The notes: generated from the sequence alone by a model not told the origin. A DNA stretch of 64,000 nucleotides from a bacterium (GCA_018814885.1 JAHIYU010000177.1:40025-104024), one strand, 5' to 3'. Positions 44,970 to 56,653 are shown, counted from the first letter of the stretch. Made by a program: numbers and translations.

Positions 44970-45817
44970 GAGTCCACCCCCCCCCCGGACGCGGCGGCGG
45001 CCTGCTTGCCGGCGCCGCTCACCCAGATGGGTCCGTTGGTCTCGGTCTGGAGGATGCGCAGCACGCCGCGCTTGGCCAGCTCGAGGATGGCCATGAAGGT
45101 GACGACGACTTCCATCTTGATGTGATCGTCCTTGAAGAGCTCGTCGAAGCGGAGCGTGGCCCCGCCGGCCAGGCGCGACCGGATGAGCTTGACCTTCTCG
45201 GTGACGGTGTAGACTTCGCGCGTGACGTTGTGCACCGCCTCCTTGGTCACCCGTTCGAATACCTGCGAGAGCGCGAGCAGCAGCTCGTACATGTTCAAGC
45301 GAAGTGCCGGCGGTTCGGTGTTCTCCCCGAGGAAGGGGTAGCGCTGCTCGCGCACGTGGAGGCGGCCGCGCTCCCGTTCCCGTTCCTGCAGGTGCCGGGA
45401 CATCTCCTTGAATCGTTTGTACTCGAGCAGACGGCGCACCAGCTCGGCGCGCGGATCCTCGTCGTCGAGCTCCTCGTCGTGGGGCTGGGACGGGAGCAGC
45501 AGGCGCGACTTGATGCGCACCAGAGTGGCGGCCATGACGATGAAATCGCCGGCCAGGTCCAACGACAGCGCCGTGATGACCTCGAGATAGCCGAGGTACT
45601 GCGCGGTGATGTCGGCTATCGGTATGTCGTAGATGTCGATCTCGTCCTTCTGGATCAGAAAGAGCAGCAGATCGAGCGGTCCCTGGAAATCGGGCAGGGC
45701 GATGTCGTAGGCCTCGCTGGTGTGGAAGTACTCCAGCTCGGGCGGCAGTTCCCAGGAAATGACGCGTTCGCCGTCGGCAGCGGGTGCGGGCGTGTTGTCT
45801 CTCGCGGACTCGTTCAA
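44966..45817 (-). CDS. scpA: Segregation and condensation protein A
   Basis: FQGPLDLLLFLIQKDEIDIYDIPIADIT kleisin motif. scpA-scpB-pseudouridine synthase order. Confidence 0.85.
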   Translation of the reverse strand: MNESARDNTPAPAADGERVISWELPPELEYFHTSEAYDIALPDFQGPLDLLLFLIQKDEIDIYDIPIADITAQYLGYLEVITALSLDLAGDFIVMAATLVRIKSRLLLPSQPHDEELDDEDPRAELVRRLLEYKRFKEMSRHLQERERERGRLHVREQRYPFLGENTEPPALRLNMYELLLALSQVFERVTKEAVHNVTREVYTVTEKVKLIRSRLAGGATLRFDELFKDDHIKMEVVVTFMAILELAKRGVLRILQTETNGPIWVSGAGKQAAAASGGGVDS

Positions 45818-45829
45818 GACGGCTCCTTG

Positions 45830-46813
45830 TCAACCGACCTGCATGGTGTCGTGTATCCGGGCCATGGTGTCGCGGGCCTTGGCGCGGGCTCGCTCGCAGC
45901 CGGAGGCGATGATCTCGTCGACGTGCGCGCTGTCGGCGGCGAAGGCGGCGCGGCGCTCCCGCAGGGGCGCGAAATAGGTGATGACGCCCTCGGCCAGCTT
46001 CGACTTGCAGTCCACGCAGCCGCGAGCGGCGCTGCGGCATTCACGCGCGGTCACGTCGGCCTGCTCGGGCAGGAACTTCGTGTAATAGGTGTAGATGGCG
46101 CATACGTCGGGGTTGCCGGGATCGCTGCGGCGCAGGCGCTGCGGATCGGTGAAGGCCGTCTTGAGGGAGGTGCGGATCTCGTCCGCCGAGGCGGCCAGCT
46201 CCACCGTGTTGCCCAGGGACTTGCTCATGCGCTTGCCGTCGGTGCCGGGGAAGCGCCCGAACCTGGTGACGAGCGCTGCGGGCTCGGGGAAGAAGTCGCC
46301 GAAGTGGTGGTTGAATCGCCGGGCGATCTCGCGCGTCAGCTCCAGATGCGGCAGCTGGTCCTCGCCCACCGGCACGGCGTCGGCCCGGTAGGCCAGGATG
46401 TCTGCGGCCTGCAGCACCGGATAGCCCAGGTGTCCGAAGCTGATCTCCCCCGAGAGGTTCAGGTCGCGCACCTGCTCCTTGAAGGTGGGGTTGCGCTCCA
46501 GCCGGCCCAGGGAGATGAGCATGCAGAACAGCAGGTAGAGCTCGGCGTGCTCCTTCACGGCGGACTGGACGAAGATGACCGAGCGTTCCGGATCCAGGCC
46601 GGCGGCCAGCCAGTCCAGCACCATCTCGCGCGTGTTCGAGCGGATCTCCCCCGCCTTGTCCAGGGCTGTGGTCAGCACGTGCCAGTCGGCGACCATGAAA
46701 TGGCAGTCGTACTGGTCCTGGAGCCCGATCCAGTTCTCCAGGGCGCCGGTGTAGTTGCCCCAGTGCAGGCGGCCGGTCGGACGGTTTCCGCTGAGGATGA
46801 TCTTCTTGGCCAA
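45830..46813 (-). CDS. trpS: Tryptophan--tRNA ligase
   Basis: Class I motifs GNRPTGRLHWGNY (HIGH-like) and KMSKS (GKRMSKSLGN). TTG start at ~46813 is preceded by AGGAAC. The ORF can extend to 46909. Confidence 0.85.
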   Translation of the reverse strand: MAKKIILSGNRPTGRLHWGNYTGALENWIGLQDQYDCHFMVADWHVLTTALDKAGEIRSNTREMVLDWLAAGLDPERSVIFVQSAVKEHAELYLLFCMLISLGRLERNPTFKEQVRDLNLSGEISFGHLGYPVLQAADILAYRADAVPVGEDQLPHLELTREIARRFNHHFGDFFPEPAALVTRFGRFPGTDGKRMSKSLGNTVELAASADEIRTSLKTAFTDPQRLRRSDPGNPDVCAIYTYYTKFLPEQADVTARECRSAARGCVDCKSKLAEGVITYFAPLRERRAAFAADSAHVDEIIASGCERARAKARDTMARIHDTMQVG

Positions 46814-46912
46814 GTGAGACGTTCCTTTGCAAGTCGTGAGAGGCCTCGAGCCGAGTCCAGGGCGTGCGCGACGAGCGCCAACGTTACCATCGGTGCCGAC
46901 ATCTGTCAAAGC

Positions 46913-47818
46913 TCAGCGACGGCGGGCCCGGGGATGGGCGTTGCGATAGGCCTCGGCCAGGAAGGCGCGGTCCACGTGGGTGTAGATCTCCGTGGTGGTG
47001 ATGGCCGCGTGCCCCAGCAGCTCCTGCACGACGCGCAGATCGGCGCCGCCCTCGAGCAGATGCGTGGCGTAGGTATGGCGCATGGTGTGCGGCGTCACCT
47101 CGACGGCCACGCCGGCGGCGAGGGACGCCTTCCTGACGATGGACCACACCGAGACACGGGAAAGACGGCCGCCGCGCCGGTTCACGAAGAGAGCCGGAGA
47201 GGTACGCCTGCCCAGGAGCCGGGGGCGCCCCGCGGCCAGGTAGTCGCCCACCGCGCGGAGAGCCGGCGCACCCACGGGGATGATGCGCTCCTTGCCGCCC
47301 TTGCCGCGCACGCGCAGTGATGCGTCACGCTGATCTAGATCCGGCGGATCCACGCCGCACAGTTCGCTCACGCGCAGGCCGCATCCATACAGCACCTCGA
47401 GAATCGCCCGGTCGCGCGAGCCCGCCGGCCGGGCGGGGTCGGGAACGCCGAGCAGGCGTCCGATCTGGTCAGTGGACAGCACTACCGGAAGTTTTCGCCC
47501 GATCCGAGGCGAGAGCAGGGTGAGGGTCGGGTCGTGCTCGGACAGTCCCTCCACGGTGAGGAAACGATGGAAGGAGCGCAGCGTGGAGACGAGCCTGGCC
47601 CGCGAGCGCGATCCCAGGCGGTCGGCGCTGGAGAGCAGGTAGGCACGCAATTCCTGCGGCCCGGTGGACGCCGGATCCGTCAGGGCGTGCGATTCCGCCC
47701 AGCCGCGCCAGCCCTGGAGGTCATGGGCGTAGGCCTCCAGACTGTTGGCGGCCAGCCCCTTCTCGGCGGCGGCGTGCGACAGGTAGGCGCCGATGGCCTC
47801 GTCCCAGCCCCCGCTCAT
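46913..47818 (-). CDS. xerD: Tyrosine recombinase XerD-like
   Basis: R..HxxR..Y catalytic residues (HTMRHTYATHLLEGGADLRVVQELLGHAAITTTEIYTHV). ATGA overlap with uvrC. Confidence 0.8.
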   Translation of the reverse strand: MSGGWDEAIGAYLSHAAAEKGLAANSLEAYAHDLQGWRGWAESHALTDPASTGPQELRAYLLSSADRLGSRSRARLVSTLRSFHRFLTVEGLSEHDPTLTLLSPRIGRKLPVVLSTDQIGRLLGVPDPARPAGSRDRAILEVLYGCGLRVSELCGVDPPDLDQRDASLRVRGKGGKERIIPVGAPALRAVGDYLAAGRPRLLGRRTSPALFVNRRGGRLSRVSVWSIVRKASLAAGVAVEVTPHTMRHTYATHLLEGGADLRVVQELLGHAAITTTEIYTHVDRAFLAEAYRNAHPRARRR

Positions 47819-49677
47819 CGATGGTGCTCCTGCTCGAGGGCGAAGAAGGCGATGATGCGCTCCACGTCGCCGCGGTGAAGACCCCGGACGGCGCCGAGTT
47901 CCTCGGCTCCGGCGGCGCGAATGGCGTCCAGCGAATCGAAATGATGCAGGAGCGACAGCTTCTTGACCCGGCCGATGCCTGGGATACGGTCCAGGGCCGA
48001 GTCCGTCACGGCGCGGGAACGCAACAGGCGGTGGTAGGTTATGGCGAAGCGGTGCGCCTCGTCGCGAATCCGCTGCAGCAGATGCAGGGCGGGGCTGGAG
48101 CGGGGCAGGCGGACCGGCGGCAGTCCCCGCTCCCGGTGGATGACCTCTTCCCGTTTCGCCAGTCCCACCAGCTCCACTTCGTGCAGGCCGAGGGCGGCCA
48201 GCGCTTCACGCGCGGCCGAAAGCTGACCGGCGCCCCCGTCGACCACGACCAGGTCGGCCGGCGCGCGTTTCTTGTCCAGCAGCCGGCGGTAATAACGCGT
48301 CAGGACCTCGCGCATGGAAGCGAAGTCGTCGCCGCCCCGGACCGTGCGGATCCGGAAGCGCCGGTAACGCGACTTGAGAGGGCGCCCCCCCCTGAAGAAC
48401 ACGAGGGAAGCCACCGTTTCCCGTCCCTGCAGGTTGGAGATGTCGAAGCACTCGATGGTTTCCGGCACCTTGCGCAGGTCGAGCGCGTCCTGCAGGGCCA
48501 GGGCGCGGCCGGGGGCGACGCGCCGGACCCGCGTCTGGTCCCGGAGCCTGTGCTCGTTCAACTTGTGGGCCGCGTTGGCCAGCGCCATGTCCACGGACTC
48601 CTTGCGCGGCCCGCGTCGCGGCCTCACGATCGCCACGCGCCGCCCGCACAGACCGCTCAGCCTCTCGCGCCACTGCTCCTTGTCGGGCAGGACGTGCGAT
48701 ACCAGCACGACGGACGGCAGATCGCCGGCGCGCGGATAGTATTCGCGGCACAGCTGCGCCAGGAAGGCGGGGGTGTCGCTGGCGAGCCGATCCTCGAGCA
48801 GGAAGTGGTGGCTCGTCATGATCTTCCCCCCCCGGATGCGCAACACCACGCCACAACCGGTGGTCCCGTCACGGACGACTCCGCACGCGTCCAGATCTCC
48901 GGTCAGCCCGTAGACGCGGCCGACGCCGTCGAGGGCGGCTTCCAGCAGGGCGAGCCGGTCGCGGACCTTGGCCGCCTCCTCGTAGCGTCGTGCGCTGGAC
49001 AGGGCGGACATCTCGGCGCGCAGTTCGTCCAGCAGGCCCCGCTCCTGGCCTGCGAGATAACGGATCAGCGCGAGGACCCTGCGTCCGTAGGCGACCTGCG
49101 TGTCGTAGTCGACGCAGGGGGCGCTGCACCGCCCGATCTGCCAGTCGAGGCAGGGGCGCGGGACGGTCTGCTCGGGCAGATCGAGGTGACAGGTGCGAAC
49201 CTGGAAGACGCGCGAGACGTGCTTGAGAGTCTCGCGCATGGCGCGGACATTGGTGTAGGGTCCGAAGTAGCGGGCGCCGTCGTCGACGATCCGTCGCACC
49301 ACCTCCACGCGGGGATAGGGTTCCTGCAAGGTCACGCGCAGGTACGGATAGCGCTTGTCGTCCTTGAGCCTGATGTTGTAGCGGGGGCGGTACTCCTTGA
49401 TCAGCTGGTCTTCCAGGACCAGCGCCTCCGCCTCGTTGGCCGTCGCGATGTAATCCACGTCGGCGATGTTCCCGACGAGTTGCTCGGTCTTGGGATCGTG
49501 TTCGCCGGAGCGCTGGAAGTAGGAGGCGACGCGCGGGCGCAGCCGCGCCGCCTTGCCCACGTATATGACCTTGCCGCGCTTGTCCTTGTGCAGGTAGACG
49601 CCCGGTGCGTTCGGGAGCAGGCGCAGCTTGCGCTCCAGGGCGGAACGGCCGTTTTTCTGCCGGTTGCGACTTGACAT
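47815..49677 (-). CDS. uvrC: Excinuclease ABC subunit C
   Basis: GIY-YIG N-terminus (PGVYLHKDKRGKVIYVGKA), UvrBC-interaction region, RNase H-like and HhH C-terminus. Confidence 0.9.
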   Translation of the reverse strand: MSSRNRQKNGRSALERKLRLLPNAPGVYLHKDKRGKVIYVGKAARLRPRVASYFQRSGEHDPKTEQLVGNIADVDYIATANEAEALVLEDQLIKEYRPRYNIRLKDDKRYPYLRVTLQEPYPRVEVVRRIVDDGARYFGPYTNVRAMRETLKHVSRVFQVRTCHLDLPEQTVPRPCLDWQIGRCSAPCVDYDTQVAYGRRVLALIRYLAGQERGLLDELRAEMSALSSARRYEEAAKVRDRLALLEAALDGVGRVYGLTGDLDACGVVRDGTTGCGVVLRIRGGKIMTSHHFLLEDRLASDTPAFLAQLCREYYPRAGDLPSVVLVSHVLPDKEQWRERLSGLCGRRVAIVRPRRGPRKESVDMALANAAHKLNEHRLRDQTRVRRVAPGRALALQDALDLRKVPETIECFDISNLQGRETVASLVFFRGGRPLKSRYRRFRIRTVRGGDDFASMREVLTRYYRRLLDKKRAPADLVVVDGGAGQLSAAREALAALGLHEVELVGLAKREEVIHRERGLPPVRLPRSSPALHLLQRIRDEAHRFAITYHRLLRSRAVTDSALDRIPGIGRVKKLSLLHHFDSLDAIRAAGAEELGAVRGLHRGDVERIIAFFALEQEHHR

Positions 49678-49728
49678 CCCGATGTACCCCTGCTAGTTTG
49701 CCTCGGTTGCACTGAAGGAGGTCACGAC

Positions 49729-49980
49729 GTGCCGCACCACAAGAGTTGTAAGAAACGCATGAAGACCAGCGGCGAGCGTCGCCTGTCCAACCGCGAGAAC
49801 CGCACCGAGATGCGCACCGCCCTCAAGCGATTCAAGGTTCTCGCCGGGACCGAGGAGAGAACGCCAGAGGCGTTGAGCGGCATATACCGTATGCTCGACA
49901 CCCAGGCGCGCAAGGGGGTCATCCCCAAGTCGCGCGCGGCCCGCCTCAAGTCGCGCATGGCAGCGCTCTACACCAAGTAG
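49729..49980 (+). CDS. rpsT: 30S ribosomal protein S20
   Basis: 83 aa. GTG start preceded by GAAGGAGG. Basic helical protein with bS20 pattern (KSCKKRMKTSGERRLSNR). Confidence 0.9.
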   Translation: MPHHKSCKKRMKTSGERRLSNRENRTEMRTALKRFKVLAGTEERTPEALSGIYRMLDTQARKGVIPKSRAARLKSRMAALYTK

Positions 49981-50025
49981 GGCGCCGCAGGCCGGATCGA
50001 TCGCGGCTTCCGACAAGCCCAGGCA

Positions 50026-50062
50026 CCAGGGGTCGCCCACGAGGCGACCCTTCTGTTTGTTC
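50026..50062 (+). terminator. Intrinsic terminator after rpsT
   Basis: GGGGTCGCC-cacgag-GGCGACCC hairpin followed by TTCTGTTTGTT. Confidence 0.55.
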
Positions 50063-50063
50063 C

Positions 50064-50798
50064 TCAGGCGCCACCCGCCAGGATGTCCTCCAAGGTGTAC
50101 AGCCCGGGTGTCCCCCGGGCGGCGAAGCGCACGGCCGGGACGATGCCGCGCAGGAAGGCCCGACGCGAATGCGCGCGGTGGGTCACCACCAAGGTCTCCT
50201 CGTCGTCGCTGATGATCCAGCTGTGCTCCCCGGTCACGCCGCCCACCCGCACGCTGTGCGTGGGCACCTTGCCTCCCCCGCGCTTCGCCTCCCAGGCCAG
50301 GGCGAGACTCCGGGCCGTACCGCTGGGCCTGTCGATCTTGTGGCGATGATGCGTTTCGATCTGCTCGGGCATGAAGCCCTCGGGCAAAAGGGTGGCGAGC
50401 TGTTCCAGCACCAGTTTCAGGACGGGGATGCCGATGCTGAAGTTGGTGACGAGCACCACCACCCGCTCGTCGGCGTAGCGGCGCAGCATCTCCATCTGCG
50501 ACTCGTCGTGGCCGGTGGTGCCGATCACCAGCGGGGCGTCGGCGGCCGCGCCCCCCGCCAGCAGTCCCGCCAGGGCCGTCGGCAGGGAGAAGTCGACGAT
50601 CACGCCTCCCCGCGGATGGATTTCGGGCAGCCGGTCCTGGGGCGTCAGGGGCAGGCGGGGATGGAAGTCGCCCGCGGGACTGTCGTGGCCCACCTCCGTC
50701 ACCAGGCCGCACAGCGCGAGATCGCCGGTCGCCTCGATCAGCTCGGTGACCAGTCGGCCCATGCGTCCTTCGGCGCCGTGTACGGTGACCGCGATCAT
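50064..50798 (-). CDS. dapB: 4-hydroxy-tetrahydrodipicolinate reductase
   Basis: MIAVTVHGAEGRMGR...GTTG...ETHHRHKIDRPSGTA signature. Start at internal ATG 50798. Confidence 0.9.
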   Translation of the reverse strand: MIAVTVHGAEGRMGRLVTELIEATGDLALCGLVTEVGHDSPAGDFHPRLPLTPQDRLPEIHPRGGVIVDFSLPTALAGLLAGGAAADAPLVIGTTGHDESQMEMLRRYADERVVVLVTNFSIGIPVLKLVLEQLATLLPEGFMPEQIETHHRHKIDRPSGTARSLALAWEAKRGGGKVPTHSVRVGGVTGEHSWIISDDEETLVVTHRAHSRRAFLRGIVPAVRFAARGTPGLYTLEDILAGGA

Positions 50799-50799
50799 C

Positions 50800-51705
50800 T
50801 CACGCCTCCGCCTGCAGCAGGCCGGCCAGGGGGCCGTCGTGGAAATCACGCAGCCAGGCGCGGCTCTCCGCGGTGGCCGTCGCCAGGGGCAGCCGGGGAT
50901 CGGGCCGGCAGTAGCCCATGAGGCTGAGCAGCTCCTTCGCGGGAACGGGATTGGTCTCGCGGAAACAGGCCTCGACCGCCGGGGCCACCGCAGCGGCGAT
51001 TGCCGCGGCCCGCGCCTCGTCCCCCGCGCACCAGGCTTTCCACATGTCCACCAGGGTGCGCGGCAAAAGGTTGCCCAGCACCGAAACGGCACCCTGGCCG
51101 CCGAGTCGGAAGATCTCGAGGTTGAGGCCGTCGTCGCCGGAGAACACCTGCAGGCCGGAGGTCCGACAGATGGCGTCGATCTGACGGAGATCGCCGCTGG
51201 CCTCCTTGACCGCGACCACGTTGGGGTACCCGGCAATGGCGCGCACGGTCTCGGGCAGGATGTTGACGGCGGTGCGTCCGGGCACGTTGTAGATCACCAG
51301 CGGTATGTCCACAGCGTCCGCGACGCTCGCGTAATGGGCGATCAGGCCGTGCTGCTGGGGCTTGTTGTAGTACGGCGCGATGAGCATCGCCGCGTCGATG
51401 CCCCAGCCGGCCGCCTCCCGCGTCAACTCGAGCGTGCTCGCGGTCGCGTTGGTCCCCGTGCCGGCGACGACCGCACAGCGGCCGGCGGCCAGCTCGACGC
51501 ACTTGCGCACCAGCCATTCCCTCTCCGCGACCGACAGCGTAGCGGCTTCCCCCGTGCAACCGACGGGCACCAGCCCGGCCACACCGGAGCGCACCTGCCG
51601 GTCCACCAGCCGCTCCCAGGCCGCCCGGTCGATCGCGCCGTCCGCGAAGGGCGTCACGAGCGCCGTGTAGATGCCCGGCGGCAACGTGTAGCGCGACTCA
51701 GTCAT
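50800..51705 (-). CDS. dapA: 4-hydroxy-tetrahydrodipicolinate synthase
   Basis: TALVTPF...GLVPVGCTGE...active-site lysine region NVVAVKEASGD. Confidence 0.9.
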   Translation of the reverse strand: MTESRYTLPPGIYTALVTPFADGAIDRAAWERLVDRQVRSGVAGLVPVGCTGEAATLSVAEREWLVRKCVELAAGRCAVVAGTGTNATASTLELTREAAGWGIDAAMLIAPYYNKPQQHGLIAHYASVADAVDIPLVIYNVPGRTAVNILPETVRAIAGYPNVVAVKEASGDLRQIDAICRTSGLQVFSGDDGLNLEIFRLGGQGAVSVLGNLLPRTLVDMWKAWCAGDEARAAAIAAAVAPAVEACFRETNPVPAKELLSLMGYCRPDPRLPLATATAESRAWLRDFHDGPLAGLLQAEA

Positions 51706-52525
51706 GGATGATCACTTCCCCGCTGAAGACGGCGACCGCAGGTCCGATCAGTCGCAGGCGCGTCTCGCCCCGCACCCTCTGGATTTCGATCGTCAACCTA
51801 TCGCCACCGCGTGTCAATAGATCGACGGGGGATGCGGCCAGGCCGAGCGTCGCGAGAACCAGGGCGACGGCCGAGGCGCCCGTGCCGCAGGCGAGGGTCT
51901 CGGCTTCCACCCCGCGCTCGTAGGTGCGGACCAGCCAGGCTTCCCCGTGCGCCTCCCTGGCGACCCAGTCGACATTCGTCCCGGCCGGCGCGAAGGCCGG
52001 ATCCTCCCGGAGTATCCGCCCCCAGTGCGATACCGCGACGGCTTCGAGATCGTCGACCGGAATGACCAGGTGGGGCACGCCGGTGTTCACGCTGTGCAGC
52101 CTGTCGAAGGGATGGGCGGCCGCGACCGAGGCGTCGAGGACCAGGTCGCGGGGCGGCGGCAGAGCCACGGCGACCGCGTCGCCTGGGAAGCCGCCGCCAA
52201 CGGGGCCGGAGGCCGTGGCGCAGACGCCGCCGCCCTCCCCTACCAGTCCCAGCTCCCTGGCGAACGCGAAGGCGCAGCGGGCGCCGTTGCCGCACATCTC
52301 GGCCTCGCCCCCGTCGCGGTTGTAGTAGCTCATGGCGAAGTCGGCGGTCCCGTGCGGGCCGATCACGATCAGGCCGTCGGCCCCGACACCCCGGCGCCTG
52401 TCGCAGAGACGCGCCACCAGCGGGGCGTCCACCGCGAGTGCGCAACGATCCAGGTCGTCCCGCGCGACCATCAGGAAATCGTTGCCGGCGCCGTGCATCT
52501 TCACGAAGGGCAAGGCTCGGGTCAT
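51698..52525 (-). CDS. dapF: Diaminopimelate epimerase
   Basis: FVKMHGAGNDF N-terminal motif plus second catalytic Cys region (ACGTGASA). Start at ATG 52525. Confidence 0.85.
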   Translation of the reverse strand: MTRALPFVKMHGAGNDFLMVARDDLDRCALAVDAPLVARLCDRRRGVGADGLIVIGPHGTADFAMSYYNRDGGEAEMCGNGARCAFAFARELGLVGEGGGVCATASGPVGGGFPGDAVAVALPPPRDLVLDASVAAAHPFDRLHSVNTGVPHLVIPVDDLEAVAVSHWGRILREDPAFAPAGTNVDWVAREAHGEAWLVRTYERGVEAETLACGTGASAVALVLATLGLAASPVDLLTRGGDRLTIEIQRVRGETRLRLIGPAVAVFSGEVIIHD

Positions 52526-53754
52526 TCGTCGGCCCCTTCCGCCGGTCGGGTCGTATCGGGCGGCGCCGGCGCCGGCGACAGGGTATCGGTCGCCACGGGC
52601 GAGGGCGTCGGCGGCGTAAGGCAAGGTCGCAGCGAATCGGACACGGCCGGCAGCCGGAGGAAGAGGTCGAGGCCGGGCTCGATCTCCAGCGGTTCGGCCG
52701 TGACATAGGGTTCCCACCGCCAGAGCACCGTGTCGGGCGTGGCCACCGAATCGGGCAGGGCGCTCAACAGGCTGTCGCCGTCCAGGTCCGCGAACAGGAT
52801 CGCGCGCACCGGCCCCGGTCCCGCCGGCGTGAAGACCGTGGTGTCGCCCGGAAGCACCGCCGTCCGGCCCGGGGGCGGCGACTGCGCCGGAAGGGGCACG
52901 AAACCCGTGTCGCTGTCGGCGATCTTGTGTGTCCAGCCGAAGAGAGCCCGATCGCCCGCGGCTAGGCTGTCCATGATACCCAGCAGCCGGCCCGGCGTCC
53001 GCTGGTCGAAGAGCGTGTGGGCGCCCGCCTCGGCCGCCGGCACCTTGGCCGAGAGGCTGATCTCGACGGGCAGCAGGCGCTGGGGCTCGTTGTCGGACGG
53101 GCGCTGGTCGCCGTTGTGGTCGAGGAAAGCGCGCAGGAGGTACGGTCCGCCGGGAACGGCCAGCCAGGGCAGGACGAAGCGCCCGGTGCTGTCGGCCTCG
53201 GTCCGCCGCAGGATGTCCTGCCGGAAGTACTCGAGCGTGTCCGGGGGCACCGCGTACAGCTCGACCACGGCGCCGACGGCCGGCCCGTCCTCGAAAGACA
53301 AACGGCCGCTGATCGTACCCGAAGGCACACTGTCGGCGGTGGCCAGGGGATAGCGGCGCGACCGTGCGCTCTTGACGCGGTGGACGTCGGCGAAGCCCCG
53401 CGGTATCTCGACGACGATCACCGTGTCGGGCGGCAGCGGATCCCTGAATTCGATGGTGGCGCGGCGGCGGCCGCGCCACTTGGTGCCCTTGATCTCCAGG
53501 GGCGGGTAGAAATGGACGAAGCGCGGCGCGGGCAATGGATCCACCTTCTCGGAGAAGGAGATCTCGATCTCGTGCAGGCCGGCCAGGCCAACCGTTCCCG
53601 AATCGGGATGCACGCGCACGACCGCGGGGGGTGTCAGGTCGGCTGGTCCGCCGCCCGGCGGTTCGATGGTCGCGCAGGCGGCCGCCAGGCAGATCGCCAG
53701 GGCGAGAGCCGCGGCGGCGGCCCTGTCCCTGCGGATGCGGCGGCCGGCAGCCAC
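52522..53754 (-). CDS. Lipoprotein with Ig-like / carboxypeptidase-regulatory-like beta-sandwich domains (hypothetical)
   Basis: Signal peptide with lipobox LAAAC. GRLSFEDGPAVGAVVELY segment resembles CarboxypepD_reg. Pro/Thr-rich C-terminus. Confidence 0.5.
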   Translation of the reverse strand: MAAGRRIRRDRAAAAALALAICLAAACATIEPPGGGPADLTPPAVVRVHPDSGTVGLAGLHEIEISFSEKVDPLPAPRFVHFYPPLEIKGTKWRGRRRATIEFRDPLPPDTVIVVEIPRGFADVHRVKSARSRRYPLATADSVPSGTISGRLSFEDGPAVGAVVELYAVPPDTLEYFRQDILRRTEADSTGRFVLPWLAVPGGPYLLRAFLDHNGDQRPSDNEPQRLLPVEISLSAKVPAAEAGAHTLFDQRTPGRLLGIMDSLAAGDRALFGWTHKIADSDTGFVPLPAQSPPPGRTAVLPGDTTVFTPAGPGPVRAILFADLDGDSLLSALPDSVATPDTVLWRWEPYVTAEPLEIEPGLDLFLRLPAVSDSLRPCLTPPTPSPVATDTLSPAPAPPDTTRPAEGADE

Positions 53755-53757
53755 GGC

Positions 53758-54675
53758 CTATGGCACCAGCAGGGCGATGATGGCCCGCTGGATGTGCAAG
53801 CGGTTCTCGGCCTCGTCGAAGACCGCCGAATGGGGGCCGTCCATGACCTCGTCCGTGATCTCCTCGCCCCGGTGGGCAGGCAGGCAGTGCAGGACGATAT
53901 GGTCGTCGCCGGCCGCCGCGAGCAGGCCGGAGGTGATCTGGAAGGGCGCGAAGTCCCGGCGACGCTGCACGGCCTCGTCCTCCTGGCCCATGCTGTAGAA
54001 GGCGTCGCTGTAGATGACATCGGCCCCCGCCACGGCGGCCTGTGGATCGTGCATGATGCAGTAGGAAGCGCCATCGCGCTCGGCCGCGTCCATGATCGCC
54101 GGGTCGGGATCGTAGCCCTCGGGGCAGGCCAGCACGAAGTTGAAGGGGAAGCGGCGCGCGGCGTTGAGCCAGCTGTTGGCCAGGTTGTTGCCGTCGCCCA
54201 GCATCACCACCGTCTTGTTCTCGATGGTACCCAGATGCTCCTCGATGGTCAGGATGTCGCCCATGACCTGGCAGGGATGGAGCAGATCGGTCAGCCCGTT
54301 GATCACCGGCACCGTGGCGTGCGCCGCCAGCGCATCGACTTCGGCCTGGTCGAACCAGCGGATCATGATGCCGTCGACGAAGCGGCTGAGCACCTTGGCC
54401 ACGTCGTACACGGATTCGCGCGTGCCCATGCCGATCTCCTTGTCCGTGATGAACAGGGAGCTGCCGCCGAGCTGGCGCATGGCCAGCTCGAAGCTGACGC
54501 GCGTGCGCAGGCTAGGCTTGGCGAAGACGCAGGCCAGGGACCGGTTGGGATGGGTGTGCGGCAGTTCGTGCCGGCGGGCCAACGGCTTCTGCTCCTTGGC
54601 CAGGTCGAGAATAGCGCGCAACTCCTCCGACGTGAACCTGTCGATCGACAGGAAGTCCTTCTGACCCAGCTTCAT
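53758..54675 (-). CDS. argF: Ornithine carbamoyltransferase
   Basis: STRTR carbamoyl-phosphate motif (KPSLRTRVSFE) and HCLPA ornithine-binding motif. Confidence 0.85.
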   Translation of the reverse strand: MKLGQKDFLSIDRFTSEELRAILDLAKEQKPLARRHELPHTHPNRSLACVFAKPSLRTRVSFELAMRQLGGSSLFITDKEIGMGTRESVYDVAKVLSRFVDGIMIRWFDQAEVDALAAHATVPVINGLTDLLHPCQVMGDILTIEEHLGTIENKTVVMLGDGNNLANSWLNAARRFPFNFVLACPEGYDPDPAIMDAAERDGASYCIMHDPQAAVAGADVIYSDAFYSMGQEDEAVQRRRDFAPFQITSGLLAAAGDDHIVLHCLPAHRGEEITDEVMDGPHSAVFDEAENRLHIQRAIIALLVP

Positions 54676-54721
54676 CTTGCCTCCTCGCGGGACTCCGTCC
54701 CGCCGCCGCCCCGGGGGCGGA

Positions 54722-56065
<1,344 letters not shown>

Positions 56066-56070
56066 GATGC

Positions 56071-56625
56071 TCAATTTGGTTTCTCCTCGCCGCCGAGCGT
56101 CAGCAGGGTAACATGGTCGTTGGTGTAGATGCATATCTCGCCGGCCAACCCCATGGCTTCGCGGCACACGGCATCGGCCGCGAGGTCCGTATGGCGCAGG
56201 AGTGCGCGCGAAGCCGCGAGGGCGTAGGGCGCTCCCGACCCGACGGCCGCTGAACCCTCTTCCCCTTCGATGACGTCGCCGTTGCCCGAAACGGTGAAGA
56301 TCGCCTCGCTGTCCATCACGAGCAGCATGGCCTCGAGACGGCGCAGGATGCGGTCGCTGCGCCACTCGCGCGCCATCTCCACCGTAGCCCGGCGCAGGTT
56401 GCCGCGGTACCGCTCCAGGTGGCCTTCGAACTTCTCGAAGAGGGTCAGGGCGTCGGCGGCGCCGCCCGCGAAGCCGACCAGCACCTTCCCCGCGAAGAGG
56501 GTGCGCACCTTTACCGCGCCGCGTTTGGCCACGGTGTTGCCCATGGTCACCTGGCCGTCGCTGGCCATGGCGCCCTTGCCGTCCCGCAGGATGGCCAGGA
56601 CCGTCGTGGATCGGAGTCTCTTCAT
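56071..56625 (-). CDS. hslV: ATP-dependent protease subunit HslV (CodW-like with short N-terminal propeptide)
   Basis: MKRLRS-TTVLAILRDGKGAMASDGQVT...GSGAPYA. The catalytic Thr is preceded by a 6-aa extension, as in Bacillus CodW. Confidence 0.85.
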   Translation of the reverse strand: MKRLRSTTVLAILRDGKGAMASDGQVTMGNTVAKRGAVKVRTLFAGKVLVGFAGGAADALTLFEKFEGHLERYRGNLRRATVEMAREWRSDRILRRLEAMLLVMDSEAIFTVSGNGDVIEGEEGSAAVGSGAPYALAASRALLRHTDLAADAVCREAMGLAGEICIYTNDHVTLLTLGGEEKPN

Positions 56626-56653
56626 CTCGCTCCTTCTGCGGATCCTTGCGCGC

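Noticed and set aside
44253-46040. 595-aa ORF read as a single gene
   Set aside because: Only the C-terminal 238 codons are ScpB. The upstream portion overlaps scpA out of frame.
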